A DNA stretch of 64,000 nt from Paragordius varius (taxonomy: Eukaryota; Animalia; Nematomorpha). The stretch lies in assembly GCA_964247055.1 (NCBI GenBank), contig OZ176057.1, forward strand, positions 2,852,001-2,916,000. Reading direction: 5' to 3'. This document shows, one piece after another, positions 11,608 through 24,441 of this stretch; positions within the stretch are counted from its first letter, which is position 1; every line of letters starts with the position of its first letter. Position numbers and translations under genes: made by a program. A model generated the notes under the pieces. That model ran no database searches and was not told the DNA's origin. It was given only the letters and a program-made list of their open reading frames with translations.

Positions 11608-13964
11608 GTAAATTTATTATTTTTTGGCAAGATGCCATTTATATTGTAAAATTTTAATTAAGATATTTGATCTGTAGATAATTCATTTTATATGGAAATT
11701 TATTTAACCGCATTTTTGATTTATTTATTATTTTATATGAACTGTTTTTAGATAAATTTCAGTATATTTTATATTTAATCTCTCAAGATACGGGCATGTT
11801 TAGAAAAATAGTGCATGCTTGCTTATTACCAACGGTGCTTTATAAGCTAAAAATATATGTACGGTCCTTACTCCGCGTCATAGTTTAAAATGTATTTTGT
11901 CTATATTGCCTTTTTTACATGGGTAAACAAACTATTTTAAACTAAATACAGTTAGGAAAATAAAAATCAGATATGAGACTAGATTATGTAAATTTAATCC
12001 ATAATTAAAAAAAATTAATGTAAGATAGGGAAAAAGGGGTTTAGTTTCAAGCATTTGTTGTTTTTTACCTATATGCTACTGTATTACCAATCTGCCAACA
12101 TTAATATGGATCTAGCAATCGTAAATCCCGGGAGGCATTTTTTACCAAAAAAAATTTATTTACCATTCATTTAATTATTTGGTAAATATAAATGGATTTT
12201 GGGCATTTAATTATTTAATCATACTGTAATTCCCTACTATTGTTGTTGTTGCTAAGGTCGATTCCGACTAACTGCATTGTAAATATATCTTCTCCACTCA
12301 AGTCAATCAGATTCGTTTCAATGTACATTTTACACCCATATAGTAATGTGGGGAATACTGTGGCATATTAATCTGATTTTGGTTTTTAAATCATGGGATC
12401 AAATCTGGCTGTGTTTCGTTTGGTTTTTAAGGTAGATTGTTGTCATTATTTATAATATTAGCCAAATAGGTGTAGCTGTCTGTATACGGTTTCAATCGGA
12501 TTTTCGTTGAGAATTATTGAGTTGATTGTCTGAGCCGGATTGATTTGTATTACTATTGTTTTTGTTTTAAGGTTAATTTTTAATCCGTATTTATTGCACT
12601 CGATTGTAATTAAGAATTTGCGATAAGATATCGATACTGTTAACAAAAAGCTGTGTCATCAATAAATGGAGGTGAGAAACTCACCTTCTACAATGATGTC
12701 AGAATTTTTTGGTAAAATTTTTACTATGATCCGAGATAGGCGTTAAAAATATTAGGACCTATTATATTATTCTTTTTTAAAAAAAATGAAAAAAAAGGCG
12801 ACAAAAAAGTTTAATATGAATTTTTTTTTCAATTTTACATAATTTAAATAATATTTTTTGTATTATGCGCCTAGACTAAAGAAAGCATATTTTTAAATTG
12901 TGCCTAATATTTTAAATTTTAAACTACCCCAAAAGCTGATGATTGAATTAAATATGAAAAAACATTAAAAAACAATATTTAATTATATATCAATGTTGTA
13001 ATTATACAAATTATAGTAAAAATTAATTTAGGATTAAAGTATGTTTTCTTTAAAAAAAATTTTGCTTTGTCTGTATAACTACTAAATTTATTAGATGTTT
13101 GAAATATATCAACAATTATGTTCACTATGTAATCTTTTAACAGTTTAAGACATTACAATAATGACAACATTCTACATTAATAATATAATATTAAAATATT
13201 ATTTTGCCTTACAACCTGAGTTGTTTAGGATCAAATGATGTACAGTAATGCTACCTATTAGTCCATTTATATATTTTAGTTGTCTAAGGCAGGGGTGTCC
13301 GAAACAAATGGCTTGCATTTTCGGAAATAAATCTTGCGGACCGCATGGCATTTGCAATATCTTTTTAAAATTTAAACATAACTCTTTAAAAACTACTATT
13401 TATTTTAACATTTTTTGCTAGTTCATTGCCGAATTCGGGAAAAATAACAAAAAATTTGTTATAAAAATAATTTTAGATTTGGATATCATAAAATTTTATA
13501 TTTTAAATTTCTTGTGCTGAAGGTTGGCCACCCCTGGTCTAAAGGATAATTAAATTTACATGTCTGTTGGCATGTATGAGATACTTTACAATATACATTC
13601 TAAAATTTTTGTTATTAAAATGCTATTTCATTGCAGACAGACGGCCACACTAGTAGTTTTAGCATAGAATTTAGCATATTAACATATGATAGTTAAAAAT
13701 AATATAAAATGCAAAATCTTGCAAAACAATGAATAAAAATTAAACAAAGTGAGATAAGCAAAACGGTCTTTATTAAAAAAATGTTTGTCTCTATGTTTTG
13801 TATTATCCCTTTTAATTCAAAGACAACTAAACTACTGAAATGGCTACATTATTAACTCTTTCGTTATATACTTTATCAGCAAATTTGATTTGATTTTATT
13901 CCATATGTATTTTATAAAGGGAAATCTTTTATATAAAACAATATTCTTTTATACATGTTACCAG

Positions 13965-13994
13965 CTCAACCAATGCCACCACCACAACCACCAG
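13965..13994 (+). CDS. Gene 1 Pro-rich microexon, copy 2
   Basis: Identical to 10102-10131 with intact splice sites. Confidence 0.75.
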
Positions 13995-15643
13995 GTTTTT
14001 ATTTAGTTACTTTTTGTTTTTTATAAAAAAAGCACTGTAGTAAAGTATGAGTAAGTATAAATTTCTAGTTTTTTTTAATTATTTCTAGAATATACAGATA
14101 GTGTTGGTGTATGTTAAAATTATTTAAAATAAATAAAGGTGTATACTGTTTATGAATTTTTATTACACCTATTCAAACATTTAGTAGTATCTAAGGCTCG
14201 AAGTAAAAAGATATTTTTAAATTGCAAATAAATCAACCTTTATAATTTAATTACGTTACTTTAATAATATTCTCTTTGTTTGTACATTTAGTAAAATAAT
14301 CAGTAATGTATAGAGTTTTGCAATTATCTTTTACTGCCTTGATACGCCTGAGCTATATAATCAGGAAAAGTAAATTTTGGGACAAATTTTATATGAAGTT
14401 TTAGCTATGTAATTAGATGTTTGACGTAAAATATAAACATTATCTCAAACTTTTCTATAACAATTTTTTCTTTGGAATTATTTAAAATGTAAATAGGCTA
14501 ATAAATGGTATACCATTTACAGTTCAAATTCACCCTTGAACAATTCAAATTCACCCTTGAACAATTCGAATTCACCCTAAAAATTAGTTATGAAACTTCG
14601 GGCTAATATAACTATTTTTATGGAAAAGTTTATTATTTTTTCAGTATTATTTTGATTACATACAAAATTTATTTTTTTATAAATATAAAAAATATAGGTA
14701 ATATATAATCTTAAAAAACACATAATTTATTTTAGGGTCAATTTGAATTGTTCGAAGGTGAATTTGAATTGTTCAAGGGTTAATTTGAATTGTTTAAGGG
14801 TGAATTTGAATTGTTTGAGGGTGAATTTGAACTGTAAATGGTATATTATGAATTAATAAATAATTTAATGTAAAAAGGCTAATTATATTTAAGCAGCAAA
14901 ATTTGGATATTTATTGATTGAGCTTTCTCAATTTTGGATTATAAAACTTAAAATCTTTAAAAGATTGATACCCTTTTTATCTAATACAGATTAATGTTTT
15001 GTTATATTTTAACCAACTTTCAACAGCAGTTTTTATCAACTTAAGTTCTAGGGTTTAAAACTACCCGAAGAGGAGATCTTCCAAAAATATAAATAACCAA
15101 ATCATACAGGGGTTTCTATAAAATCTCAGTTCAAAGAGGGCGTTTTTCTTTCTCGCAAACACAAAAGACAAAATATTTTATGAAACTATATTAAAAAAAA
15201 TTTTTAATTAAAAGAACATATATAAAAATAACTAAAAATATTTATTATTTTTTCATTTTTTTGTTTCTCGGTTTATGTTAATATGAAATTTTATATAAGC
15301 GGAAATTATAAAGTATAATTAAATGAAAATAAAATTTACAAAAAAACCAAAATCCGTCACCAGTAAAAATATTAATATGTGTTAAAACAAACATTTTACA
15401 GGGATTTGTAAAGATTTTTCGTTGATATTCCAGTACTTTTAAATCATATTTTGCACTTATATAATATTTAATTCCCACTCACGTAAGATTCCAAAAGTAT
15501 AAATTTTTTATACACTCAGAAACAAGATAAAAAAAATGACAAAATAAAAAACATATGTTTTATTTTTATTGGATATATAAGTTTTTTTACTGAATAAAAT
15601 TTGTATGTGATTTTGTATATAATTAAAAAAATTATTTTGACAC

Positions 15644-15663
15644 TAGGGTTAGGGTTAGGGTTA
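15644..15663 (+). repeat. Interstitial telomere-like (TTAGGG)3 patch
   Basis: tagggttagggttagggtta, absent from the paralogous position at ~17424. Confidence 0.7.
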
Positions 15664-15915
15664 AGAAACCCCAGACTAAATTTAATTTAGAATTTTTTAA
15701 AAAACTACTGAAAGAAAGGGTCCCAATTTATATTTATGCTTCTATCCTAAATTATATCCCTTTTAATTCAAAGACAACTCAACTACTGAAATGGCAACAT
15801 TATTAACTCTTTCGTTATATACTTTATCAACAAATTAGATTTGATTTTATTCCATATGTATTTTATAAGGGGAAATCTTTTATATAAAACAATATTCTTT
15901 TATACATGTTACCAG

Positions 15916-15945
15916 CTCAACCAATGCCACCACCACAACCACCAG
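15916..15945 (+). CDS. Gene 1 Pro-rich microexon, copy 3
   Basis: Identical to 10102-10131 with intact splice sites. Confidence 0.7.
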
Positions 15946-18095
15946 GTTTTTATTTAATTACTTTTTGCTTTTTATAAAAAAAGCACTGTAGTAAAGTATG
16001 AGTAAGTATAAATTTCTAGTTTTTTTAATTATTTCTAGAATATACAGATAGTGTTGGTGTATGTTAAAATTATTTAAAATAAATAAAGGTTACTGTTTAT
16101 AAATTTTTATTACACCTATTCAAACATTTAGTAGTATCTAAGGCTCGGAGTAAAAAGATATTTTTAAATTGCAAATAAATCAACCTTTATAATTTAATTA
16201 CGTTACTTTAATTATATCCTCTTTGTTTGTACATTTAGTAAAATAATCAGTAATGTATAGAGTTTTGCAATTATCTTTTACTGCCTTGATACGCCTGAGC
16301 TAATTAAGGAAAAGTAAATTTTGGGACAAATTTTATATGAAATTTTAGCTATGTAATTAGATGTTTGACGTAAAATATAAACATTATCTCAAACTTTTCT
16401 ATATCAATTTTTTCTTTGGAATTATTTAAAATGCAAATAGGCTAATAAATTACAGTTCAAATTCACCCTAAACAATTCAAATTCACACTAAAAATTAGTT
16501 ATGAAACTTCGGTCTAATATAACTCATCATCAAAATTAAATATATTTTTATGGCAAAGTTTATTATTTTTTCAGTATTATTTTTATTACATACAAAATTT
16601 CTTTATTTATAAATATAAAAAATATAGGTAATATATAATCTTAAAAAACACATAATTTATTATACGGTGAATTTGAATTGTTCGAAGAGCAAAATTTGGA
16701 TATTTATTGATTGGGCTTTCTCAATTTTGGATTATAGAACTTATAATCTTTAAAAGATTGATAACCTTTTTATCTAATACAAATTAATGTTTTGTTATAT
16801 TTAAACCAACTTTCAACAGCAGTTTTTATTAACTTAAGTTTTAGGGTCTAAAACTACCCGAAGAGGAGATCTTCCAAAAATATAAATAACCAAATCATAC
16901 AGGGGTTTCTATAAAATCTCAGTTCAAAGAGGGCGTTTTTCTTTCTCGCAAACACAAAAGACAAAATATTTTATGAAACTATATTAAAAAAAATTTTTAA
17001 TTAAAAGAACATATATAAAAATAACTAAAAATATTTATTATTTTTTCATTTTTTTGTTTCTCGGTTTATGTTAATATGAAATTTTATATAAGCGGAAATT
17101 ATAAAGTATAATTAAATGAAAATAAAATTTACAAAAAAACCAAAATCCGTCACCAGTAAAAATATTAATATGTGTTAAAACAAACATTTTACAGGGATTT
17201 GTAAAGATTTTTCGTTGATATTCCAGTACTTTTAAATCATATTTTGCACTTATATAATATTTGATTCTCACTAACGTAAGATTCCATAAGTATAAATTTT
17301 TTATAACAAGATGAAAAAAAATGACAAAATAAAAACAATATGTTTTATTTTTAATTCGATATATAAGTTTTTTTTACTGAATAAAATTTGTATGTGATTT
17401 TATATAATTAAAAAAATTATTTCACTTAAATTCAAGTGGGTATCTAAAAACCCCAGACTAAATTTAATTTAGAATTTTTAAAAAACTACTAAACGGTCCC
17501 AATTTATATTTATGCTTTTATCCTAAATTATATTAATATGCCAAAATATCTAAAAAAATGTTTTGAAAAAAAAAGGTCCATGTCAAACTACTTCGACGCA
17601 ATTATTTACAAAATTTTTGCAAAATATCGTCTTCATTTACAAGGGTAAAATTTAAGCTAATTTTTTATTTAATTTACATCCAATATTGATAGAAATAAAG
17701 AAGTTATTTTTGTATTATTTTAAAATTTTACCATATCAAATATGTCACGTTGACGAAATTTCTACCGTTCGGTTTTAGCTTAATATAAGTGATAAAGTAT
17801 TTTTAAATAAATTTTTTTATATCTTTCGGTTAATTAATGTAATATAAGTGCAAATATTGCCATGGTTTCGATTCCTTCCATAATTTTTAATATTTAATTT
17901 TAAACAGGCCAGAGGTATCCGACTACCCCAATTTGAATCGAAGGACTGAAATGAATGTGTTGTATCAAAGTGTTAATAGTTTCATAAAAAATGTTTTGTT
18001 TTTTGCGTGTCTTAAAAGAAAAACGCTATCTTTTAAACTGAGATTTTTTTGAAACCTTAACTATAATTTTAGGGGATTTATATATTGAAAATATT

Positions 18096-18221
18096 TAGGG
18101 CTTGCAACCGGAACCGCATGGAACCGGAACCCGGGTTATGAAATTTTAACAAGAACCGGTTCCATTGGGATGGAACCAACGCAATTCCGTTCCACTTTTT
18201 TTAAACCGGTTTCAAGCCCTG
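18096..18221. mobile_element. Short hAT-like MITE with CCGG/GAACC repeats
   Basis: TAGGGCTTGCAACCGG ... CCGGTTTCAAGCCCTG inverted termini. Confidence 0.6.
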
Positions 18222-18455
18222 TAAATATCTCCTAAAATGATAATAAACCATAATATCTCAACTTTTATCATTATTTTTTAAAAAAAATTAAATTATCCTT
18301 AATTTTCACTTTTAGCCATTTCGATTTCCTCTTAACATATTAAAAACTAGGTCATCAATACATTAAAATTTTTGCAGCAAATGAATTCCTGGTCAAAGGC
18401 TATCTCATGAAAAAAAAATTTTGTTAAAAAATATTAACCCTCTTTTTTGCCACAG

Positions 18456-18488
18456 TTGTAGTATGTTACCATCCTGGACAATGTTCAA
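18456..18488 (+). CDS. Gene 1 microexon (33 nt): (x)VVCYHPGQCS
   Basis: cttttttgccacag|TTGTA...TGTTCAA|gtataa. Homologous to gene 3 exon 57464 with mostly third-position differences. Confidence 0.85.
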
Positions 18489-18557
18489 GTATAATTTACA
18501 ATATATTAACTATCTTGAAATAAAAATAATTTAATTGACAAAATATATTGTTATTAG

Positions 18558-18581
18558 ATGTTCCTTGTAACCCACCATGCT
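18558..18581 (+). CDS. Gene 1 microexon (24 nt): (N)VPCNPPC
   Basis: ttgttattag|ATGTT...CCATGCT|gtaatt. Symmetric, 69-nt upstream intron. Confidence 0.8.
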
Positions 18582-18933
18582 GTAATTTAATTATTCCCTT
18601 AATTATCAGAGGTGCCCACAAATATAGCGGTCCGCATTCAAAAAAGGGGGCATTAAATTTTATTAGAATTTTAAACATATATGAATATAAAATATTATAA
18701 ACATAATATTTATATTAATTATTTCACCCTATTACGCTAGTTGGTTGCGAAATTTCAGAGTTAATTTAATCAGAATTTTTATAAGATATTTTAAAATACC
18801 ACCAAGATTATTTTTGCAAATTAGCAATTTTATTTTGGAAATTAGAAATATTTTATTTGTTTCACAAAATTTTATGTCAGCCACATAAATCATATTGGAG
18901 ATCTCATGTTGGGCACCCCATTTTACACATACT

Positions 18934-18972
<39 letters not shown>

Positions 18973-18976
18973 TTAG

Positions 18977-18997
18977 ATCCAGATCAGCATAGAAAGG
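18977..18997 (+). CDS. Gene 1 microexon (21 nt): (Y)PDQHRK
   Basis: attattttag|ATCCA...GAAAGG|gtaaaa. Symmetric phase 1. Confidence 0.75.
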
Positions 18998-19459
18998 GTA
19001 AAAATTATACGATTATATAATTTTTGAAATTTTGCGCACAAAATATACGAAGGGAAAATGTTATTTGTTTTAAAAATACAAAATTATTTATTATTTGTTA
19101 ATTATTGTATGATTGAGGGCAGTCTTCACATTAAACCTAAGATTAGCAATATGAATAAAATTTTGAATCGACTTTAAGATTTTAATTAATTGATCAAAAA
19201 TTGCGGGTCGTCTATTATTGAAAAAGAATGGGTGGGCCAAGTTTTACGATGTTGTCTAATCTTATTGTGTACAACTTTAATAATCATTAACTAGTTTTGC
19301 ATAAAGGGTTGCCTAAAACAAATTCATCCATTTGACCAGTTTGCTGGTGTTTATATCCTCCCTTAAATGTGAATGAATAGTTTAAAAGTAAGCCATAATT
19401 TTAACTAATTCCTGGAAAGATTTCTATTATAGAAAAAATGTAAAAAATTGCCAAAAGAA

Positions 19460-20035
19460 ATATTAAGGAAGAAAACCGCGAATTCAATATATATTGTACT
19501 TATTAATTAAAATTTACAACAAAGCTTTATGCTTACTTAATAGGCAAATAAACAAATGTTAAATGTTTAATATGCGATGCCACTACGAAACGAAACACAA
19601 AATTGAATATGATAGATATTTAATTTAGTTCTGACAAAGCAAAATAAATCTTTGCAAAATTCTTTAGAAAACTAGGAAAATTCCGCAATAATAGCATCTT
19701 CATTATATATCGAAATTGATTGCAGAACATAATAAACCGTTCACCGAAGGAGATATAATGCCCTCAAACAAATATGCCCCGAACAAATGGAAATTTCAAA
19801 CTTGTCGGCACATTTATAATTCAAAATGTATCAGCCGATATGGTTCAAAAATTTAAATGAAATACTTTTCGATTTTGTTACTGCTCAAAAGCGATCGATG
19901 AAAGCCATGACATAACAAGTACTCAAATAATAGTTTTTATTCAGGGAATGGATAAACCATTCTGTGTAATAGAAGATCTGCTGCATTAAAAGTCTACAAG
20001 AAAAAAGAGGTGAAGATGTTTATGCAACTATCAGC
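19460..20035 (+). mobile_element. hAT transposase relic (SPIN/Charlie, GTF2IRD2-like)
   Basis: Fragments RCHYETKH, KPFTEGDI, IDESHDIT...VFIQG...EDLL; many stops. Confidence 0.75.
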
Positions 20036-20199
20036 TGTGTCGTACGAGCATTTGCCGGGGCATAAAACTCTTATGGCGCCCCTCCCCCCTTTTCTTTCTG
20101 AAAGCCTATAAAACAATTTAGTAAAAAATATAAACGTCCTTAAATGCTGCATTGAAATTAAGTTTAGGATCTTGCAATCTATGTTAAACCCTATCCGTT

Positions 20200-21300
20200 C
20201 ATATAAGTAGGAAAAAATTAACGTTAAAGAATATTAAAAACACTTTGAAGTAAAATAGATTCCTCACTTCTTGCTAGGTATTTGAAATATTTATACTTAA
20301 ATCTTCTAATTATATCAAATCATCTATTCCCTCAGCATTAAGTGCTATTTCTAGCACTTCATCGAACTTTTTTTAGTTTATTATTTGGTCCCATCTAATA
20401 TTTAAATATAAAAAAGATGGATATTTTTCAATTATTCCGAAACAGGTCACAACAATAACATCTTGTTTTGCTACCGTGACTACTAAATTCAAGGAATGAT
20501 TGTGACTATTAACAAATATTGCTCTTTTATTTTTCCCAGTATTCTTTGTTAAACGTCTGAAATGTGACCCGTCATCACAGCTGCATTCTCATAGATTGGA
20601 GATCTACAATTTGTAGCTGAATATTATCCATGAATTTTCTAAAATTACCTTTTCAATTACATTAAATCTTTGTTGAATAACTGAAAAAAAACCAAAAAGG
20701 ATTCCTTTATGACAAATTTATTTTTTTCATATTAACACCTATCTGGCAACTTGAGAAATTTGTTCTAGATGCGCTATATCTGGCGTTGAACAAAAAGTCC
20801 ATAATATATACTTTTATTTATATTATTGATCAATCTAGCTATAACTCTTGAAGCTAAAAGATGTATAAACTCGTTTTTGATTTTGGTTGAAACATAGGAT
20901 GTGTTAGAAGATTCAATGTTTCTCTTGTGATCTTTCAAGATAAAGATGTCCATTGGTGCTGAGTCATCTAGATACATTAAGCTTGCAGGATATTCTCGAA
21001 AAGATTTTGGTTTTAGAAAATTCATGCATGCCAAAATTTGATCTAATTATATCGATCAAAAGATAGGAATCAATAACAATACTTAGATCTGTTCTTTGTT
21101 GAATATAAAAACCAAGACCTATCAACTTTAATCCTTTTTTAACGACATCTCAAAAAACCAAGATTGGGACATTGAACGATGATTTTTTGCTTCAAAGAGA
21201 TTGCATTTATAAAATCCTTAAAATCCGAATAATTAATCATTTCTATGCGAAGTTGATTAGATATTACGGGAACATATTATAAGTAAATTTAAAAAAGGTG
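20200..21300 (-). mobile_element. hAT transposase relic (ZMYM1/DUF4371-like)
   Basis: LKDH...YVSTKIKNEFIHLL, then QSYENAAVMTGH...FVNSHNHSLNLVV. Confidence 0.75.
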
Positions 21301-23044
21301 GCATAATTAAACTTAGTATAGAGCTTGGAATTATTAATGGTATATTTGTAGTTTTCTCATCTCTATTTATTGGAACAATAACTATTTAGGTGTATTAAGG
21401 TTATTATTATTATTATTATTAGGGGTACCGTTATGTTTGGTCGCATACATTTTTTTCAATGTTATGGTCAGATATTTTCGTTAAATAAGATTCCTTATTA
21501 ATTCGCATTTTATTTGTTTTATTATCTTCCTGGATTTTTCTTTTCCTATTTGCTATCCGCCAAAGTTTAGGCTTTAATATCTGACGAAGTTATTATATAA
21601 AATAGAGGACTATATTAATAATAATAAAAACACCTTGTTAGAGATGGAATTATGTTGGGGATTTAATTAAATGAAATTGATTGATATGATTATAATAAGC
21701 AATTATAAATTATAAGAATAAGAGACAAGGTTTCAAACAAAGAGAAAAGTTAAAATAATTTAATTAAAGGCATAAAAAATTAACAATATGCGCGTGATAA
21801 AGAAACGTTTTTTAAGTGAAAAAAAATAAGTTTGCACATTTTGAAGGCAATAATGAAAGTTGTTTTTTGCATAATTTTTGATCTTGATCTCATTATTAAC
21901 TTAAGCAGAACATGATGGGTTATAATACTGGTTTGATTGGCTAATTGAAAAATATAAAAAAATAAAAAGCCTCTTTTTCAACGTTACTCTGCATTATTTT
22001 TTAGATATAGGTTATTTATATAAAACTGTGTTTTTTTATTTTACAAAAAATAAAATTTTAACGGTTCTGATATAAAACATTTTCATTATAATAATTATAC
22101 CAGGGAATGATATAAAAGCATTAACTATTAAATTTAAATGTGCATTCCAGATATTTTTCGAAGCGGCCCGCCTTCCAAAAAGCTTGCCCTGCTATATAGC
22201 ATGTACAGTAACGAGAAATGTTATAAGCTTAAACATGAAAAAGAATAAATTATATTTTACATTTGCTACTTATCAATAATTTTTTTAAAAGTTAGACTTA
22301 AGTGCGCAGCGCAACTAGACAATTCGTTGACATCATTTGATTTTCAAATAGGTTTCAGGTCTGTTTATATATCTTTTACGAAAACAAATATTGTTTAAAA
22401 CTCAAATATGCCAATAATAACGTATAGCCGAAATATACTATTATTATAATATTTTGTATGCGTCTTTAAGGAAAAAGGGAACATATTTAAACTCTAAACC
22501 AAAATCTCAAACTTTAAATATATAACCATTCTTTCAAAAAAGAAATATCCACAAAAATTGCTACTTTAAAGATTTTCCAGTTTCAACTTTAAATCCAATG
22601 AAGTTATATTTGATTGGGATTTTTATAATTAACATCGAGGATAAGTGCCATCCACGAAAAAGGAGCCTAAAAAATCGACTAATATCTGTCAGTAACTAAA
22701 ATATTTCGCATTAGTTAATTGTGAATATGTATTTTACCACGTAACTTATTTTATTCAGATCGCCTGCATAAATTTTTCTATTCAGGATAATCGAACTTTT
22801 AATTTGTCACTGTCCTAACCTCATTTGTAAAATTATAGAAATCGATTAATCTTGTAAGACCATAGTAAAATTCAAAATTAAAATTTATGTCTTATTTTGC
22901 CAATTAATATAGCAAAATATTAGTTATAGTATGTGGTATGTATATCATGTTTAAAAAAATTTTTACTAATCAACACTCCGTGGAATTTTAAATATGGCCC
23001 TCTGATATTTCTTTTTTGATCGATTTTTCTTTGATTTTATTCAG

Positions 23045-23083
23045 AAAAACCTAAGCTACAGATACCGCGCTAGAGCATAGCTG
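23045..23083 (+). other. Symmetric 39-nt exon-like unit with in-frame TAG: (E)KPKLQIPR-stop (alternative terminal, poison or pseudo-exon)
   Basis: ttttctttgattttattcag|AAAAA...ATAGCTG|gtattt. TAG at 23071-23073 in the phase-1 frame. Confidence 0.45.
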
Positions 23084-23206
23084 GTATTTGAACAACAAAA
23101 AATTATTTAATATAATTTTTTCAGTTAAACAATATATCCCTTTGTGTACACATGAAATATTATTTATTTATAATTGCGCAATATAATCCATATTATTTTT
23201 TTATAG

Positions 23207-23251
23207 ATGATGATGAGGATGTTATCTTTAAATTTTTCAGACAATTCTTGG
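23207..23251 (+). CDS. Gene 1 exon (45 nt): (D)DDEDVIFKFFRQFL
   Basis: ttttttatag|ATGAT...TTCTTGG|gtaatt. Symmetric phase 1. Confidence 0.8.
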
Positions 23252-24388
23252 GTAATTTATATATATATATATATATATAATTTACGTATATGTAGGACAA
23301 AGTGTTTAAGTTTTGATACAGTATAAAAATGTTGTCAATATGGAGTTGAATAGAAATGAAAAATTAGCTATTGTGGTTTACCATTAGGTTAACAAAGAGA
23401 TATTAAAATTAGAATAATTCAAAATAAATAAAAACATTGTTGGAACGACCGTTAAAGGGTTCGTGAATAAATTTAAACATAACTAAAATTAAAATATTTC
23501 TAGGAGTTAAAATTTTGCCACAGTTTACTTAAACATTTACAGACATATTTATACATAGAATTAATATTAATTTTCCAAAACTTAAATATCCAAACTCAAA
23601 GCACACAAATCCAACATTTTTTTAATTAAATTCAACACATTTTGTTTTCCTAAAACTATCTTTTTTACATAAAAAATAAGTCCGTTTAAAATACATTAAA
23701 TAAAATGCTTAATAACATTTAATCATGCAAAATATTTTTTTTATGTTTTGAAAAATTTTGAAATTGATTGGGAAAAATGTTTAATTATTACACAATTTTT
23801 GAGTTGAAAGCAACCTTTTTTTACCAAACATACTATTTTTTTATTAAATGATATTTTTTTACATTTTTTCAAGGGAACGCAATATTTTTGATCAAAAACA
23901 CTTTTTCAAGCAAATGCAAATTTTTTTGTGTCTTTGCAAAAATTGTTTGCTTTGGAAAGTATTGTGTTTGGATGAAAAATGTTGCATTTGGTTGAAAACT
24001 GTATAAAAAAGGTTATAATCCAAATAAAATTAAAATATATAATTTTATTGTATTATACTAAAATGTCAAAAAATATGCTTTTTAAGTAAAACCGGCATTA
24101 AATCCAAAAATAAGAAATATATTTAACAAAATTTAGGCTTTAATTATTTTGGATTCGAAATGAAATTTAAGGATTATAAGCGTTTCGAATTTGCTATAAT
24201 ATTAAGTTTATTGTTATCTAATCTTTTACAAAATTGATATGATTTAGTATATTTGTATTTATTACTTTTCAAACCTTATTTTTTCCTACAATTACTTGAT
24301 TACACTTAAAAATAAAATTGAGTGTAATAACAATTTATATTAAATCCCTATTTCGCAACCCAAAAACAATAAGTAATATTAAAATAAA

Positions 24389-24441
24389 TTTGCCACCTTC
24401 CCGTGGTGTTGGCTGGGGCATGAAAATGCGCTAACGGCAAA
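24389..24441 (+). ncRNA. HDV-like (nested double pseudoknot) ribozyme core, 5' P1 strand missing
   Basis: P2 TTTGCC/GGCAAA; P3 ACC/GGT; L3 TTCCCGT; P1-3' GTTGGCT; GG (P1.1); P4 GCAT-GAAA-ATGC; J4/2 G-C-TAAC with putative catalytic C at 24431. Confidence 0.85.

Larger units (their letters stand above)
7305..14996. repeat. Tandem segmental duplication, two ~3.85-kb units (7305-11160, 11161-14996)
   Basis: Colinear near-identity with offset ~3856. Junction ...cagattaatg|tctcac. Confidence 0.95.
13804..17533. repeat. Second tandem duplication, units 13804-15755 and 15756-17533
   Basis: tatcccttttaattcaaagacaac restarts at 15756, and 14997-15755 recurs at ~16790-17533. Confidence 0.9.

Noticed and set aside
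15278-17271. Duplicated 66-aa minus ORFs
   Set aside because: Lie in a duplicated repeat-family sequence; low-complexity AT codons and no motif.
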